A DNA stretch of 64,000 nucleotides. It comes from Candidatus Bathyarchaeota archaeon (lineage in GTDB: Archaea; Thermoproteota; Bathyarchaeia; Bathyarchaeales; Bathycorpusculaceae). The notes under the pieces are model-generated. The model made no database searches, was not told the origin of the DNA, and saw only the letters and a list, made by a program, of their open reading frames with translations. Positions 60,877 to 64,000 of this stretch are shown here, piece after piece (positions within the stretch are counted from its first letter, which is position 1; each line of letters begins with the position of its first letter). The stretch lies in assembly GCA_963775465.1 (NCBI GenBank), contig CAVZIW010000013.1:1-64000 (forward strand), given 5' to 3'. A program made the translations under genes and the position numbers.

Positions 60877-61503
60877 TTGGAAGAGCCCCAAATGAGCAAA
60901 AAACAAGTAGGTAATATTGCTGAATATCTAAACTGCCAGAGCATCTTAGAGAGTCAAACTAGTCTGCTGTACAAGACTTTATCGGATAAGGTTGAATTTC
61001 CGCTCATAAAGACCCTTTTAAAAGAAATTGAGTTGGATAGCAAGAAACACTCCTTCCTCCTCAAGGGAGTAAGCGAGAGCATTAATCAGGCGAGAAGCAC
61101 ACAAAAAGAATGCGCAAAATCAAATCAAACTCTGCAAACAATAAGCAATATTCTTAAAGAATTGGCCAACATAGAAAAAGTTGACTCTGGGGATTTGAAT
61201 AAACTTAGTGAAATATTTGTAACTTTGGAAACAGAGATGGGTGAAGAATACTACATGCTGGTTCAAATGAAAACACTGGAAAGAATGACGAAGATAATAA
61301 ACGAAGAATACACTATTGATTTAACTAAAGTAAAAAGCATTTTCTTAAAAATCATTGAGGATGAAGAACGTCACATAGAGATACTTGAGACGATTAAGCA
61401 GCTGACAACTAAAAAAGAACAGGCAAGCAATGCTCCCTTTGTGAAGTTTCGAAATCCAGATGCGTGGTTCAAACCTAAGCCATCTTCTGTATACGAGTAT
61501 TAG
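60877..61503 (+). CDS. Ferritin-like/rubrerythrin-fold protein
   Basis: E...LY..L, DSKKH, EEYY, DEERH motifs. Confidence 0.75.
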   Translation: MEEPQMSKKQVGNIAEYLNCQSILESQTSLLYKTLSDKVEFPLIKTLLKEIELDSKKHSFLLKGVSESINQARSTQKECAKSNQTLQTISNILKELANIEKVDSGDLNKLSEIFVTLETEMGEEYYMLVQMKTLERMTKIINEEYTIDLTKVKSIFLKIIEDEERHIEILETIKQLTTKKEQASNAPFVKFRNPDAWFKPKPSSVYEY

Positions 61504-61729
61504 AAAGCAGTAACTTAATACATGATCTACTTCAAAAAAGTTGTTTAATAATTTTTAACCAATTTACTAGATTTCTGATTGAATTTCTATTGACTTTGTA
61601 GGAAAATAGAGGTTGTCATAAGTGTTAGTTAGATAAATTACTTTTATCATAACTATTGAATAAGCATTGGTGTGAATTACTATGTTTATTAAACTAGTCT
61701 TAAAATAGTATGATTAACATGTATTTAGT

Positions 61730-62041
61730 GTGAATTATATGGCAGATTTGAATAAACCAAAAAGGGTCAGATTAGATGTTAAAGCTACTCCAGTGAAAGA
61801 AGTACCGGAAGGCAAAAAGATAGCGAGGAGACCAGAATATGATGAGGCATTCAATAAGATCATGGACAGCCCAGAGAAGATTTTCAAGGTTGAAGTAGAA
61901 GGCAGAACAGTAAAGACAATGTATGCTCCATTTGCTTCCAGAGTAAAAGCATACAATAGAAAACCAGACAGAAAATTCAATGCACAACTCAAAATAAGAA
62001 GCAAAGAAATCTACATTGTTAAAGTAGCTAAGTCAAACTAG
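61730..62041 (+). CDS. Hypothetical small basic protein
   Basis: 103 aa Lys-rich ORF followed by T-rich run. Confidence 0.6.
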   Translation: MNYMADLNKPKRVRLDVKATPVKEVPEGKKIARRPEYDEAFNKIMDSPEKIFKVEVEGRTVKTMYAPFASRVKAYNRKPDRKFNAQLKIRSKEIYIVKVAKSN

Positions 62042-62232
62042 AATAATCTTTTTTCTACTTTTTTAGGCAACTTCTTTTTGAGTAAATTTCCTTTATTCTC
62101 CAAAACTATTCTTTAATAAAAAATAACTCACAACAAAATCAAGATACTCATTTTTTCAATACTTATAGCATTTTTATGTTGGTTGAAGTCTTATCCTTGT
62201 TAACTAATGAAGAGAATTTTAATGGAGAATAA

Positions 62233-62388
62233 TTATTTGATCTTCTTTTTTATAAAGATTGGAGCATCCTTTATCAATTTGCGGCAGTCATTACATACAA
62301 TGGGCTTATGAACATAGTCTTTCAATATATGATAACTTGTTGTTTTCTTCGTTTCTGAAATTTTCTTTCCACACCAATCGCAAATCAT
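62233..62388 (-). CDS. Putative 51-aa zinc-finger microprotein
   Basis: Hand translation MICDWCGKKISETKKTTSYHILKDYVHKPIVCNDCRKLIKDAPIFIKKKIK; AAGGTG RBS. Confidence 0.6.
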   Translation of the reverse strand: MICDWCGKKISETKKTTSYHILKDYVHKPIVCNDCRKLIKDAPIFIKKKIK

Positions 62389-62584
62389 TAAGACACCTTA
62401 TGGAAACTTATGGATTTTGAAGTTCTTCTTTTGCCCACCATGAGCATTAGATTTAAGGTTTAAAAGGTATATTTCTAAAAACAGCATATTTCAGAAAAAA
62501 TCAAGCAAATGTTTTGGGTCAGATTCCATAAGCTCCGAGAATAGTTATTCGGGGTTTTTAGCTGCGTTGGAAATTTATAGCGTT

Positions 62585-62968
62585 CTAGACTTTTGGATTA
62601 GAGTTATTTTTACTCAAGTTTTCCTTGACCCTGAACCTAACAATTTCTTTAACTAAATCAAAAGGGATAGGTTCATCTAATGGAAATCTAATTGTGCCCT
62701 TGCTGGTTTTGTAGGAATTTAGTTTTTCTTTGAAGGCTTCGACACCTGATGAGGTGGGAAAAAAGCTTATATGATCTTTAAAAGCTGCAAAATGAACCAA
62801 GTTGCCATTTAGCTTGTAAGTTGGAATCTGATAGCTGATAGCCTCTTCAGCTTGAGGCGCAACATCTTTAACGGCTTTCCTTAGTGCCTTTAAAATATTC
62901 TGGACATCTTTAGGGAATAGATTGACGTATTCATCTATCGTTTTGAAGATTTTCTTGGACATTGACAA
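62585..62968 (-). CDS. DUF1801 (YdhG-like) protein
   Basis: TIDEY, EEAISYQIPTY, LVHFAAFKDHISFFP, KGTIRFP. Confidence 0.88.
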   Translation of the reverse strand: MSMSKKIFKTIDEYVNLFPKDVQNILKALRKAVKDVAPQAEEAISYQIPTYKLNGNLVHFAAFKDHISFFPTSSGVEAFKEKLNSYKTSKGTIRFPLDEPIPFDLVKEIVRFRVKENLSKNNSNPKV

Positions 62969-63172
62969 TTGAATCCCCTAAAAATAATATTCTTTGGTAA
63001 TTTATTTCCTTATTTCCCTTCTCTCCAAAAGTAGTGCTTAATGGTCAATATGTTGTTGCTTTCTTTTCTTAGGTGAGTCCAATATCGCATGCCCAAGGGA
63101 TTGGAATGGATATGGCAAACAAAAAACAGATTGATTCTTGAATCTTTCCTAAACAAGTTAGTGATCAAAGAA

Positions 63173-63283
63173 GGGGGTTTGTGAGTTCAGGGTTGTTAAC
63201 TTCACGCAGATAAAAAACCCTGTACAAAGGAGAATACGGGGAAAATGGCATCTGCTTTTGGTTAATACCTGACTCACAACCGC
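63173..63283. ncRNA. Candidate structured ncRNA (rod-like nested hairpin, ~110 nt), family unknown
   Basis: Four nested complementary segments found by eye; TATA-like box upstream and oligo-T downstream on the minus strand. Confidence 0.45.
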
Positions 63284-63612
63284 ATGAGGTATTTGCATTT
63301 TCTCCATTTAATATTTGAATCTGAAAAGGATTAATAACAATATGTGATTGCGCTCATACAGCAACAAATGGAGTACAACTCTAACTTCTGTATTAACCAG
63401 TTTAATCTGTGTCATCTAATTTTTGATTCTAACTCTGCAAGGCAAGCAATTTTTTGTCAAATACGGAAGAGTGCCATAATCAGGGATTGAAACATAAAGG
63501 CCTACCTGCTAACAAAACATCAATTCTGAATCATTTGTAATTTAATAATAGAGTTTGATAAAATCTTATATGTAAGTTGGATTAAAAATAGTTATCAATT
63601 TAAGGTGATGCT

Positions 63613-63900
63613 ATGCCAACTGAAAAAGAAATCACAGTATACGGAGAAAAAGCATTAGAAGTGGTTGATGTACTTAATTCTACAACCCTTAAAATCCTTA
63701 AATCCGCAAGGAAAACGCCCATAAATATCACAACACTATCTAAAGACCTGAACCTAAGTGAACCCTACATAAGTGAACAGGTAAGAGCCCTGGAAGATCT
63801 GGGACTAGTAAGCATAACATATGAACAAGGCAAGAGAGGAATAAGCAAAATCAGTGCTTCTGCCCTTGAGAAAATCACAATAATCCTAAAAGATGAATAA
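63613..63900 (+). CDS. ArsR-type HTH regulator
   Basis: LNSTTLKILK, LSKDLNLSEPYISEQVRALEDLGLV; AAGGTG RBS. Confidence 0.85.
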   Translation: MPTEKEITVYGEKALEVVDVLNSTTLKILKSARKTPINITTLSKDLNLSEPYISEQVRALEDLGLVSITYEQGKRGISKISASALEKITIILKDE

Positions 63901-64000
63901 CCTCTATCTTTAAAATAAACCAAATAAAGTATGCAGACAGATGTTAAGACGAAGATCAGAGTCATGGAAAGCAATTTTTATGGAAATTTATTCTTAATAT

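Noticed and set aside
63158-63298. 46-codon minus-strand ORF (MQIPHAVVSQ...) spanning the structured element
   Set aside because: No motif, RBS-like GGAG too close to the ATG, and the ATG lies within a few bases of the putative TATA box; not fully excluded
1-64000. tRNA, rRNA, CRISPR array, IS or integrase
   Set aside because: Spacers inspected by eye showed no cloverleaf, no regularly spaced repeats and no transposase or recombinase motifs

Overview
Gene-dense archaeal chromosomal segment. Gene content and style (form III RuBisCO, separate Kae1 and Bud32, TFE-beta/RPC34-like, arcadin-1-like, Elf1-like, archaeal ThrRS/ProRS, Cdc48, FEN1) point to TACK, most likely Bathyarchaeia; this is inference, not searched. 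Positions 1-57 kb are mostly housekeeping: an AMP-salvage divergon (rbcL, which the ORF track omits, plus AMP phosphorylase), a redox island (SudAB/NfnAB-like pair with a tandem ferredoxin-MvhD protein, TrxR, rubredoxin-fused TPP oxidase), the KEOPS/rps15 cluster, NAD synthesis, tRNA/RNA processing, proteostasis, an ABC exporter with PadR, and AOR. Positions 57-64 kb are accessory-like and become AT-rich, with zinc-finger proteins and long spacers. No tRNA, rRNA, CRISPR array or transposase was seen. Best candidates for something undescribed: (1) a three-gene Nfn-like complex whose small subunit has an altered NAD-binding glycine motif and whose first gene is a duplicated ferredoxin-MvhD module; (2) a ~110-nt rod-like structured element at 63173-63283 with TATA-like and oligo-T flanks; (3) a FYVE-like 8-Cys finger fusion protein. 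All family calls come from motif recognition by eye, with no database searches.
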